Source: Macrostomum hystrix (taxonomy: Eukaryota; Animalia; Platyhelminthes). Taken from it: DNA of 64,000 bases. Within the stretch, counting starts at the first letter, position 1. The number at the start of each line of letters is the position of its first letter. The position numbers and the translations under genes were made by a program. Shown in pieces: positions 46,281 through 58,031 of the stretch. Below the pieces are notes generated by a model that did not search any database, was not told the DNA's origin, and saw only the letters and a list, made by a program, of their open reading frames with translations. The stretch covers positions 12,586,001 to 12,650,000 of the forward strand of contig CATNEN010000007.1 of NCBI GenBank assembly GCA_950097015.1, read 5' to 3'.

Positions 46281-46781
46281 CAGCTGACAGTCAGACAGAG
46301 CTGACAGTCAGACATAGCTGACAGTCAGACAGAGCTGACAGTCAGACAGAGCTGACAGTCAGACATAGCTGACAGTCAGACAGAGCTGACAGTCAGACAG
46401 AGCTGACAGTCAGACAGAGCTCACAGTCAGACAGAGCTCACAGTCAGACAGAGCTGACAGTCAGACAGAGCTGACAGTCAGACAGAGCTCACAGTCAGAC
46501 AGAGCTGACAGTCAGACAGAGCTCACAGTCAGACAGAGCTCACAGTCAGACAGAGCTGACAGTCAGACAGAGCTGACAGTCAGACAGAGCTCACAGTCAG
46601 ACAGAGCTCACAGTCAGACAGAGCTCACAGTCAGACAGAGCTGACAGTCAGACAGAGCTGACAGTCAGACAGAGCTCACAGTCAGACAGAGCTGACAGTC
46701 AGACAGAGCTCACAGTCAGACAGAGCTGACAGTCAGACAGAGCTGACAGTCAGACAGAGCTGACAGTCAGACAGAGCTGAC
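46281..46781. repeat. 17-bp minisatellite, ~29 copies
   Basis: GAGCT(G/C)ACAGTCAGACA repeated. Confidence 0.95.
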
Positions 46782-47373
46782 TAGGCGCTTCATTTTGGCA
46801 CTTCTGATTTAGCACCCTGATCTTGGAGCCAAGGTACCAAAGAGCACCACGATTTTGACTAAACAAACCCAGCAAGTAAGTCTGCTAAATGACAATGAAA
46901 ATCGGGATCAGTGTCGCAGCCCGGCACTGATTCAAATTCCACTTTATTTATTTTTATATTCTGATTTAAGCGAACGCGCAAGAGTGCAAAGTTAATGAGT
47001 TTGCGGCTTAAGGTGCTCGCAGCTGAGGTGTCATGATAGGGGTGGGATCCAGTCAGGTTGCGAATGGCTTGAGAAGATCTTTCAACGGATTTACCTAACG
47101 GATCAAATACCGTTGACCCCCTTTGCCAGAATGAGCTTCGTAACTCAATGATAAAAGTTTGCTAATACAGAAATATCGAACTGAAATAAGCGATGGAATG
47201 GCCAAGTTCAGCCACCACCAAATGAGGCGAATTTAGATTGATCAGCTGATTCACGCACAGTTCTATAGAACTGGGCAATTATCTGTTCGTTTGACGTCAG
47301 TGCAAGCTGACTTCAGGAGGTACAGCTGAAACGTCAAACGTCAATCGCGGGGCCAGCTGCTTGCCGAGCTCCT

Positions 47374-50300
47374 CTAGTTGCCAGCCGTCCGCTTCGCGAC
47401 GCAGCGCATAATGTAGCCGGGGTCCGCGTACCAGTCCCTGAGCCGGTCCAGCAGCCCGCCGCGCACCAGCTCGGTTGAGTCGAGAGTCTCCTGAACTCGG
47501 GCTTTAAACTTCGGAATCAGATCATCGTCACGACAGTGCAGAGCAGCTAGCAGCAGCTCCTGAACATCCGCGTCCTCCCGCTGCGCCACATCCCGGATCC
47601 ATTCTTGGGCATCGTCGAGACTAACCGCCAGCTCGAGCCTCAGGCACTGGATCAGTGCATCGAAGTTCAGGAAATACATATTAATGTAGTTCTCCATTTG
47701 GAACGGAAAGCATTCGGAAACGGGTTTAGGCACGAACTCAAATCTTGGTGGGTCTTGGAAATCGAAGCAGAATTTCCAAGCGGAGTCTTTGCTAAGCAGA
47801 TGCTGCCAAACGACTTCCTTCGACGCTTCTGCGGCGGTGCGATCGGCTGACCAGGTGATGCCCCTGCTTACATGGTGCCCTTCGCAGTCGCTGAGGGCCT
47901 TGGCTGCAGCGTCGCAGAGGCCGAATTTCAGCAGAGCCAAAGTTCTCAGCGATTCCCGAGCAGTGCGGGCGCATTCTGGCAGGCTGCCAATTAGATCCGT
48001 GAGCGGCTCTAGGCTACAGCTGTCACTGGACAGACGGATCAGCGACTCCTTCACGACGTCGTAGATCTCGTGATATTCAACGCTGCCCGAGCCTGGCAGA
48101 GGGTTCGCATTCATGTACGGCAGAGCTACGAACGGATGGAAATAGAATCTTCCGCCCTCGCTGACTGGCCTCAGGGTGCTCTCAAACTGCTCCAGCAGCT
48201 CTGGCAGCTGGTCAGTGACATCTCTCAGTGTCTTGGCGACCTTTTTAAGTATCTCCTTCATTTCCTCAGGTGTCCTTTTATCCACACCTTTCAAGTACAG
48301 GTCGGTATCGCACAGAAAGAAGTGGTCCATAATGCGGCCATCCACATTGTCGGATTGTCGGACGGAACTTTCAACATTGCTCAAAAGCATTTCCAGCGAC
48401 TCTTCTATGAGGCCGACCAGTTTTTCAGGCCTCCATTGATCTGGCGGGGTCTTCTCCAGCATCCTAAACACGATGGTTTTGATGTGGTATGCCTTCAGGC
48501 CTTGAAGATTGAATTTGTTCTTGTTGCTGATGACCTTCTTGACCAGGTACTTGAGAGTGACGAACAGCTGTCCCTGCAGAGTGTTCAGACTTCGCAGCAG
48601 CCGCTTCTCCAAGAAGGTCGTGCTCACACGCAGCTGCTTGCCAGCCTGGTTCTGAGGCGCTGCGTGCACCACGTGGCAGTGTGTCGAGCTGACCTCGTTT
48701 TGGAGCGAGCGCAGCACCGACTGGAGGATCTTAGACACGGAAACTCTGCCTGACAGCAGCGGCGCGATGGGAGGGTAACAGCAGAGAGGGCGGGCGTTGA
48801 CTTTGTCCACAGCTGGCTTCAGCGCGGAGCCCTTGGTTTCTTCGGCCGGGTTCGCCGCTGCAAAGCAATGTTGGCTGTAGCAGCTGTGCTAGAAACTTTT
48901 ATTATTATTCTCGGATATTCTCACCGAAGCCAGGGCAAACAATGTGCCCATTGACGTATTCCACTCGCTGGTTTTCCATCCCATTACACTGGCATGCTCC
49001 TCTCGGGTGGAACGTGTTGCCAGAGACAAGCCGCGTCACATCGATGTCCGACTCACAGTCCGTCCTGCCGTCCACAGTCGCCAGGTTGTTGCCCCATGTC
49101 TCTGAAAAACTGCCGACGACAAAAACTTCATCGTCCTGCAGTCGTTTTCTTAGAATGTCTTGCAAAACATCGGCGACAGCTCCCTGAAGAGCTGCTCGCG
49201 ACTCCGTGAAACCTGCTTCAGAGAGCTTCTTGTGCAAGCTGATGCTTTGCTGCTCTCCCTGCAGTTCTCTGAAATTAAAGAGCGCCTCTGTAAAGTTCTC
49301 TGCAAGAAATATTTACAAGAAAGTTTTCATACTTTTTGCTCCTCAAGGTCCTTGGACATTGGACTCCTGACTCGAGTGTGGCGTCAGCCTTTGAGCACAC
49401 TGCCAGCTTGAGAAACTCGACTACCTCGTCGTGACCATTCACAGCTGCCAAGTTCAGTGGTGTTAATCCGTTCTCTTCTATTGCTTCCGGATCTGCTCGC
49501 GCATGGATGAGCGCCAGCACAACTGCAAAATTTCCTTTGAATGCAGCCAAGTGCAGCGGTGTCAGGCCATTTGCTGCAGTGCAACTGACGTTTGCCTGAG
49601 CCTTGATGAGTAGCTCCACCACCCTAACTTTGGACGCAACGTGAAGAGCAGATACTTGGTAATTTTTGGTTTGATCGACGTCAGCCTGGGATCTGATAAG
49701 CAGGCCAACCACTTTGTCGTGGCCCTGGTGCGATGCGATGTACAGCGGGGACTCGCCCTCGTCAGTAGTTCGAAGCAAGTCCGCTTGTGCTTTGATGAGC
49801 GAATCTACCACCTTCTCGTGGCCTCTCGAAGAAGCGACTAAAAGTGGCGTTGAGCCACTGAGTGTCTGTGCATTCAGGTCCGCGCCCGCCCTGATGAGCG
49901 CATTGACTGTTTGCACATGTCCCTCTTGAGCCGCAATAAAAATAGGCGAAGCTCCCATGGCCTCCTTGACGTTAAGGTCAGCATTTGCATTGATGAGAGC
50001 CATGGCGATTTGGTGGTGACCTTGCTGGCAGGCAACAAACAATGCCGACTCACCGTGGATTCGGCGGAGGTTGACATCCGCTTTCGCATCAATGAGCAGT
50101 CTCACAGGCTCTCCGTGACCGCGATGGCTAGCTGCGAATAGGCAGGTGGCGCCGCTTTCTTCTTGAATGTTGACATTCGCCTGAGCCTTGATTAGAAACT
50201 TCACCACTTCAGAGTGGCCTTGGTACGAGGCGATGTAAAGCGCGCATGCTCCGGTGCTTTCCTCAGCGTCAACATCAGCCATTGCTCTCACTAAGGCGTT

Positions 50301-51110
50301 TACAACTTGATAATGTCCATTCTGCGATGCGATGTAAACGGGGGACCTACCGCCGAATTTCGAAAGATTAACATCGCATCTGGCCGCAATCAGTGACTGC
50401 ACAACTTGCACGTGACCATTCTGGGATGCAATGTACAACGGCGAGCAGCCTTTTGCATCCTGAAGGTTAACATCAGCGTGCGGAGTTGTGAGAAGCTGCA
50501 CAACGTCATGATACCCCTCCTGCGATGCAATGTAGAGTGGTGAAATTCCGACTGCTGCAGCGATGCTGACATCAGCTTGGGCCTCAACGAGTGCCTGAAC
50601 CACCTCGAAGTGCTCGTACAATGATGCAGCATGTAGCGGAGTGGCCAGCAGACTCTGCATTGAACAATCGTCCACGTCAGCCTGAGCTCCGATAAGCAGC
50701 CGGACAACCCGACAATGGCCCTGACGTGACGCAATGTACAGCGGCGACAGACCGCTAGTTCCAGACGAGTTCACGTCAGCCTGAGCCTGGATTAGCAAGT
50801 TCGCAAGCTGGTCATGACCGCATTTAGCAGCGAAGTACATCGGTGTGCAGCCGTCGGGGTCTTTGACGTCAACGTCAGCCTGAAGTCGAATTAACCGCTT
50901 GAGAATTTCGAGATTTCCTATTTGGCACGCCAGATGCATGGGTGAGAGTCGTCGGCCCCGCACTGGCATCTGCTTGTTGAGGTTCCCGAGTCTAGCCAGG
51001 TAGATCGTGGCGACTTCAAGATCGCCTTGGAGAATGGACTCAATGAACTGCTCGTCTGTCGGATCGGACTCGGCTCCGTGGACTTTGCTGGCTTCCAAGT
51101 CTTCTTGCAT
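47374..51110 (-). CDS. Ankyrin-repeat / cGAS-Mab21-like nucleotidyltransferase fusion (ANK-cGLR). Exons 51110-49333, 49268-48925, 48857-47374; ~1201 aa
   Basis: About 16 ankyrin repeats (xSPLYIASQxG). A 64-nt GTATGA..TTTCAG intron (phase 2) and a 67-nt GTGAGA..TTGCAG intron (phase 1) join three track ORFs in frame. NTase motifs VGSFSE, SDIDV and third acid PAVDKV; Mab-21 C-lobe LRVSTTFLEKRLL, LKAYHIKT, MDHFFL. Confidence 0.85.
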
Positions 51111-51576
51111 TATTGACAAAGTTTCTATGTTTCGCTTGACTGAATAAAATCTAGTGCTTAAGTTTTGGCGCCTATATACGAGTATTATATAAACGAGCTA
51201 TTAAGCGCACTTATTATTCTAGCAGGTGCTGCTTTCCAGTGCCTAAGAGCGCAGGGCAACAGCCTCTCTAACGTGAAAGCACAATTGGAAACACTGGCTT
51301 TGCTGGCCTGTCGGCAAGGCTTGTTTTTCATTTATGCATTTCGTCCCACGCGCACAATTATGCATTGTAATTGCGTAGCGTCCAGGACTAACTGTATGCG
51401 TAAAAAACCTGTCTGGAATACTTGTGCAGCATTAGCAGAGGCGTCCGTGTGGAAATAAGGAACGAAAAGAAGTGCACAAGAGTACACCTTTCATAAATTC
51501 CCACACGCACACGCGGGACATGAAAGTTCATTGGCTGCTTGTCTGAAGTCTGAGCCCGCGCTTGCGTTGACGCTAG

Positions 51577-51960
51577 GGGAAGGGGAAGAGACTGCATTCA
51601 GGGAGGGGAAGACACTGCATTCAGGGAGGGAAAGACACTGCATTCAGGGAGGGGAAGACACTGCATTCAGGGCGGGGAAGAGACTGCATTCAGGGAGGGG
51701 AAGAGACTGCATTCAGGGAGGGGAAGAGACTGCATTCAGGGAGGGGAAGACACTGCATTCAGGGCGGGGAAGAGACTGCATTCAGGGAGGGGAAGAGACT
51801 GCATTCAGGGAGGGGAAGAGACTGCATTCAGGGAGGGGAAGACACTGCATTCAGGGAGGGGAAGAGACTGCATTCAGGGAGGGAAAGACACTGCATTCAG
51901 GGAGGGGAAGACACTGCATTCAGGGAGGGGAAGAGACTCCATTTCAGGGAGGGGAAGAAG
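51577..51960. repeat. 23-bp purine-rich minisatellite, ~16 copies
   Basis: AGGGGAAGA(G/C)ACTGCATTCAGGG repeated. Confidence 0.95.
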
Positions 51961-52255
51961 TTTGAAACGAGCAGCTCAAGGCGTTAAAACAACGAAACCC
52001 AGTTTCTAGAGCGATTGCACAAGAATTGGCAAGATCGCATTAGCTATTTTGCACCTGCAAGATGTTATATTTCTGCGCAGCACCACAGGACAGAAAGCGA
52101 TTTCGGCATAGGGAGATCAAACAGAAACAAAAGTGAAAACCATAAAACTGGAATAAAACAGGGATACTGGGGTAGACTGAAGACAGCCGCGTAATGCGCA
52201 CAGGAAAACATCAAATGCTAGATTGTAGCGAGACAGCTTAGGATACTGCATCTAG

Positions 52256-52742
52256 AAAAACTGTCAGACACAATTGATAAACTGTCAGGCACAACGGATA
52301 AACTGTCAGACACAACTGATAAACTGTCAGACACAACTGATAAACTGTCAGACACAACTGATAAACTGTCAGACACAACTGATAAACTGTCAGACACAAC
52401 TGATAAACTGTCAGACATAACTGATAAACTGTCAGACATAACTGATAAACAGTCAGGCATAACAGATAAACTGTCAGACACAATTGATAAACTGTCAGAC
52501 ATAACTGATAAACTGTCAGACATAACTGATAAGCTGTCAGACACAACTGATAAACTGTCAGACACAACTGATAAACTGTCAGACACAACTGATAAACTGT
52601 CAGGCACAACTGATAAACTGTCAGGCACAACAGATGGCAGTCAGACAGAACTGACAGATGGCAGTCAGACAGAACTGACAGATGGCAGTCAGACAAAACT
52701 GACAGATGACAGTCAGACAGAACTGACAGATGCCAGTCAGAC
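52256..52742. repeat. Abutting 21-bp (~18 copies, 52256-52630) and 24-bp (~4.5 copies, 52631-52742) minisatellites in the fidgetin-like 3' region
   Basis: AAACTGTCAGACACAACTGAT followed by CAGATGGCAGTCAGACAGAACTGA. Confidence 0.93.
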
Positions 52743-54721
52743 CATGCGCCGGTAGCTGCCATAGCTCTGGTTCCAGTTGGCATAGTGCACCAGGTCGCTG
52801 GGCAGGACGGAGGCTCGCGCCTGCGTCAGCGCCTCCTCGAAGTCCTGCGGCCCGATGGGGCGGACGGCGCTGACGGAGATGCTGCGGATCCGGTCTAGCG
52901 GGATGCTTCGCACCGGGCCAAGGGCCGCCTCGCGCACCTGTTGGTCAGGCAGGGGTTTCTAAGCACTGAAATCTGATCCACCTTACTAAAAAATAAGCAG
53001 AGAACAGGTGAGCCGCCTGCACCCACCAGGTTGGCCACATCGGCCCCGCTGTAGCCGTCCGTGGCGTCCACGATGCGGCAGATGTCGGCATCAGCCAGGC
53101 AGTGGCTCTGGCCGTCCAGCATCCGCTCCACAATCTGGCGCCGGCCGACCGCCTCGGGCAGCGGGATGTACAGCCGCTTGACGAAGCGTCGCCTGGCCGC
53201 GTCGTCCAGCTCTTGCGGACGGTTGGTGGCACCGATGACCAGCAGCCGCTCCTCCGCTTCAGTGCCGATGCCGTCCAGCTGCACCAGGAACTCCGTCTTC
53301 ATCCGCCTGGAGGATTCGTGCTCGGACTCCGAGCGGGCCGACAGCAGCGAGTCGACTTCGTCGATGAACACAACGGAAGGGGCGCGGCAGCGAGCCACGG
53401 CGAACAGGGCGCGGACGAGTTTCTCGCCCTCGCCGACCCACTTGGATGTCAGGCTGCTGGCTGAGATGTTGAAGAAGGTGGCGCCGGACACGGAGGCGAT
53501 GCAGCGGCCGATCAGCGACTTGCCGGTGCCCGGCGGCCCGAACAGCAGGAGGCCCTTTGGCGGGCCGCGGATGCCTGTGAAGATGTCAGGCCGCAGCATC
53601 GGGAACACGATGATCTCCTTGATGGTAGCCTTGGCGAACTCGAGGCCGGCAATGTCGTCCCAGCCGACGCTGGGCGCAGAGTCCATGACCTCGCGCAGGA
53701 TGGTCTCCACCAGCTTCGGGTCCAGGCCGCGCAGGCGCTCGTCCTCCTGGATCATCGCCGCCGCCTCCGAGAGCTCCGGCTCCGGCTGCTGCTCCCGCTG
53801 CTTCTGCGCCGGCTGCTGCGGTGGCGGGGAAGCCGCCTTGGCGCGCGAAAACGGCGGCACGAAGCTGGAGGTTGGCGTCCGGCGACTGGGGCCAAGGGAG
53901 CGCTTGGCGGGCCCGCCGTAGGACCCGCCGCCACCGCCGCCACCGCCGCCACCGACGCCACCGCCGCCACCGCCGCCGCCACCAACGCCGGCCCCTCCAG
54001 CTTTGGCGGCGTCGATGTGCAGTTGCCGCCTGGCCGTGACGAAAGCGCCATGCGCAGGCGGACGTTCAGCAGCCGCGGGCGGCACTTGCGGAGGCGGCGG
54101 ATGACGACTAAACACAGGATGATTCGTGCCGGCTCCACCACCGCTTGCAAAAGCCCCTCCTCTAAAAGAGGGCTGATGATGCTGCTGGTGCTGAGGGTGT
54201 TGAACAGACAGTCTCGGCTGAGCCGGAGGGGGTTGGGGCTGCGGGGGTTGCTTCTGCTGCTGCTGCTGCTGCAGTTGCCGCAGCCTCTGCTCGACATCAA
54301 CTGGATCGCCGAGCCGCAAGCCGGTATCGATGTTCGGCGGTGGAGCCTCGCGACACGGCGCCAGGAAGGCGTCCAGCACGGCGGAGCTGAGCGCTGACTG
54401 CCAGTCAGCAGCGCGGTTCTGGCAGCCGTGGGCCAGCCTCATGGCCGCGTCAGCGTAGTTGTTCAGGCTGTCAGGGCCGGCCTGGAAGTTGTCAACCTCG
54501 GCCGCGTAGGCCTCCAGTGCTAAAGCGGCCAGCGGGCAGTTAAGCGCCAGGCCGCGGCCGGGCGGCGAGTCGGCGAGGGCGAGTGCGCGGCAGCGGAGCA
54601 GACGGGCTCGATGGTCGGGGCAGCCGGGCCGGCAGCGCTGCAGCTCGGTGTCCAGACCGCGCAGAGCCTGAGCATGGCGCAGATGCCGCAGCGGAGGCTG
54701 CTGGGGCTCGGGAGGCTGAGC
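52737..54721 (-). CDS. FIGNL1: Fidgetin-like 1 AAA+ ATPase. Exons 54721-53027 and 52937-52737; no ATG at the start of the first exon
   Basis: [96 protein letters not shown] and the C-terminal WNQSYGS. 89-nt phase-0 intron; acceptor TTGTTGCAG at 54722. Confidence 0.9.
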
Positions 54722-54959
54722 CTGCAACAAGGGAGCGGCGTGTGAGCAGTAAGACCACCCAAATGTGGACTTACAATCCCAAGTCAACACAACTGCCAAA
54801 TACTATTTTGCTACTGCCCCCGCTCTAGAATTTACTAAAATTGCGAATTCACTCTATTATGAAACAAAAAAATTGTTCCCTTATTTGGAAAAAAATTTTC
54901 TTTATTACGTAACACCCTAATATGGTTTTGTAGCACTGGCACTGGTTTTTCGGGGCGCT

Positions 54960-56180
54960 ACATGTCTTGAATCATCCCATAGCATGTCTTGAGTTATCCT
55001 AGAGCATGTATTGAGTTATCCCATAGCATGTCTTGAGTTATCCTAGAGCATCATGTATTGAAATCTCCCTCAGCATGTCATAAAATATCCCTCAGCATGT
55101 CATAAAATCTCCCTCAGCATGTCATAAAATATCCCTCAGCATGCTTGAAATCTCCCTCAGCATGTCATAAAATATCCCTCAGCATGTCATAAAATATCCC
55201 TCAGCATGTCATAAAATATCCCTCAGCATGTCTTGAAATCGCCCTCAGCATGTCATAAAATCACCCTCAGCATGTCATAAAATCTCCCTCAGCATGTCAT
55301 AAAATATCCCTCAGCATGTCATAAAATATCCCTCAGCATGTCTTGAAATCTCCCTCAGCATGTCATAAAATATCCCTCAGCATGTCTTGAAATCTCCCTC
55401 AGCATGTCATAAAATATCCCTCAGCATGTCATAAAATATCCCTCAGCATGTCTTGAAATCTCCCTCAGCATGTCATAAAATATCCCTCAGCATGTCTTGA
55501 AATCTCCCTCAGCATGTCATAAAATATCCCTCAGCATGTGTTGAAATCTCCCTCAGCATGTCATAAAATCTCCCTCAGCATGTCTTGAAATCTCCCTCAG
55601 CATGTCATAAAATATCCCTCAGCATGTCTTGAAATCTCCCTCAGCATGTCATAAAATATCCCTCAGCATGTCTTGAAATCTCCCTCAGCATGTCATAAAA
55701 TATCCCTCAGCATGTCATAAAATATCCCTCAGCATGTCTTGAAATCTCCCTCAGCATGTCATAAAATATCCCTCAGCATGTCTTGAAATCTCCCTCAGCA
55801 TGTCATAAAATATCCCTCAGCATGTGTTGAAATCTCCCTCAGCATGTCATAAAATCTCCCTCAGCATGTCTTGAAATCTCCCTCAGCATGTCATAAAATA
55901 TCCCTCAGCATGTCTTGAAATCTCCCTCAGCATGTCATAAAATATCCCTCAGCATGTCATAAAATCTCCCTCAGCATGTCATAAAATCTCCCTCAGCATG
56001 TCATAAAATATCCCTCAGCATGTCTTGAAATCTCCCTCAGTATGTCATAAAATATCCCTCAGCATGTCTTGAAATCTCCCTCAGCATGTCATAAAATATC
56101 CCTCAGCATGTCTTGGAACATCCTTTAGCATGTGTTGAAATATCCAATAGAATGTCTTGAAATATCCCTCTTGGAAGTCT
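54960..56180. repeat. 22-bp minisatellite, ~55 copies, two variants often alternating, degenerate at both edges
   Basis: CAGCATGTCATAAAATATCCCT / CAGCATGTCTTGAAATCTCCCT. Confidence 0.95.
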
Positions 56181-56952
56181 TGAAATGTCACAAATATTTT
56201 CTTGAACTATAGAATATAACTAAAAATATTCCACATAGTGTGTGTGTGGAATCGCATCTCTACTTTCCCGCTCCCATGCCTACAATGATCGTATGAGACA
56301 CCCAGAGACAAAGATGGAACACGGGGCAGAGACCGAACAGGTTTAGCCAGCAGCCGCAGAATTGTCTAGAATTAAGTTTAGCCGGGCTGAGAACCGGCTG
56401 AGGTTCGCAGTTTATTAATTATAATTAATATTTCTGTACACTCGCATGCCTGATAAATATGCAGCAAATTGGTATCGTAGCGGCTAAGGAAATCAGGCTG
56501 GACAAAAGCGCAGGCGAAGGTGCGGGGACTCGCGGCCAGACTAACAGCGAAAAATGAGAGTTGGCTGAGGCTGCTCAAGAGAATTGCACCTTGATAATGT
56601 TAGCGTGGTTGCGTAGCATAGGTAAGCTGGCGGTAATGCGGGTGCGGCATATATGCAGGTGCGGTATCGGACTGCTGTAGCATTGCATTCTGCATTGTTC
56701 ATATGTACAGACAGCTCAGGAACAGGCTGCAGCCCGGACTTCAAACTCGTTAAACTGTGGCGGACCAGTCAACACACGAGAATATTGATGCGTTCATTTA
56801 GATGTGATTTATAAGCCAAATTGTGCGGCATACCAGGCATAGCATCTCTAGGAATCAGAATAGAAGAGTCTAAAGCGTTATTGCGGAATCAGATTGCCAG
56901 GCCACTGAAAACTGGCAGCAGCTACTGCGGGGGTAAACAGCAAATAGGCTGA

Positions 56953-57573
56953 GTACAGACTCACACAGCTGCCTGTCACTCTGCTTACAGCTAGCTCTGT
57001 GCGCATCTGTACTGACTCACACAGCTGCCTGTCACTCTGCTTACAGCTAGTTCTGTGCGCATCTGTACAGACTCACACAGCTGCCTGTCACTCTGCTTAC
57101 AGCTAGTTCTGTGCGCATCTGTACAGACTCCCTCAGCTGCCTGTCACTCTGCTTACAGCTAGTTCTGTGCGCATCTGTACTGACTCCCTCAGCTGCCTGT
57201 CACTCTGCTTACAGCTAGTTCTGTGCGCATCTGTACAGACTCCCTCAGCTGCCTGTCACTCTGCTTACAGCTAGTTCTGTGCGCATCTGTACAGACTCAC
57301 ACAGCTGCCTGTCACTCTGCTTACAGCTAGTTCTGTGCGCATCTGTACAGACTCACATAGCTGCCTGTCACTCTGCTTACAGCTAGTTCTGTGCGCATCT
57401 GTACAGACTCACACAGCTGCCTGTCACTCTGCTTACAGCTAGTTCTGTGCGCATCTGTACAGACTCACACAGCTGCCTGTCACTCTGCTTACAGCTAGCT
57501 CTATGCGCATCTGTACAGACTCACACAGCTGCCTGTCACTCTGCTTACAGCTAGTTCTGTGCGCATCTGTACA
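56953..57573. repeat. 56-bp minisatellite, ~11 copies
   Basis: GTACAGACTCACACAGCTGCCTGTCACTCTGCTTACAGCTAGTTCTGTGCGCATCT repeated. Confidence 0.95.
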
Positions 57574-58031
57574 AAATCAGGGCGCTGAAGCAAAAAAGCT
57601 CACTGAGGCATTGAGGCTCAGAGCAGCCATTGGCTCATAAACAACGGGCTGCTGTGAGGAGGGAGACTTGCATTGTCAGCAACTATTATCAGTTAGTTCC
57701 ATTTTTCACTTAATAAACGCGTCCTAAAAAGGAAAAAGAAAAGCAAACAGATGAACTAGAAAGCGGGGGAGAAAAGTGGCATTGCAAAGCGGGCGGGCGG
57801 CAACTCACGGGGCCGAGAGTTAGAAGAAAACTAGTAGATAGAATATTTCTCTGTAAAGTTGTGCAAAAAATAAGGTTACAAAATTGCGCAGATGCTACTG
57901 AAAACTCGCGGGTCAGTAGGCTGGTGAGGATGGCGAAACGTCCAAATATAAGTAAAACACCAATAAAGTTAAAGCCGGAGCTGAGATGGCGGACGAGGCA
58001 TCGAGGAGACGCGCAGAAGAAGCGCGAGCCG

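Noticed and set aside
19792-57573. Regular 22-56-bp arrays resembling CRISPR
   Set aside because: Units are head-to-tail with no unique spacers, there are no cas genes, and the context is eukaryotic.
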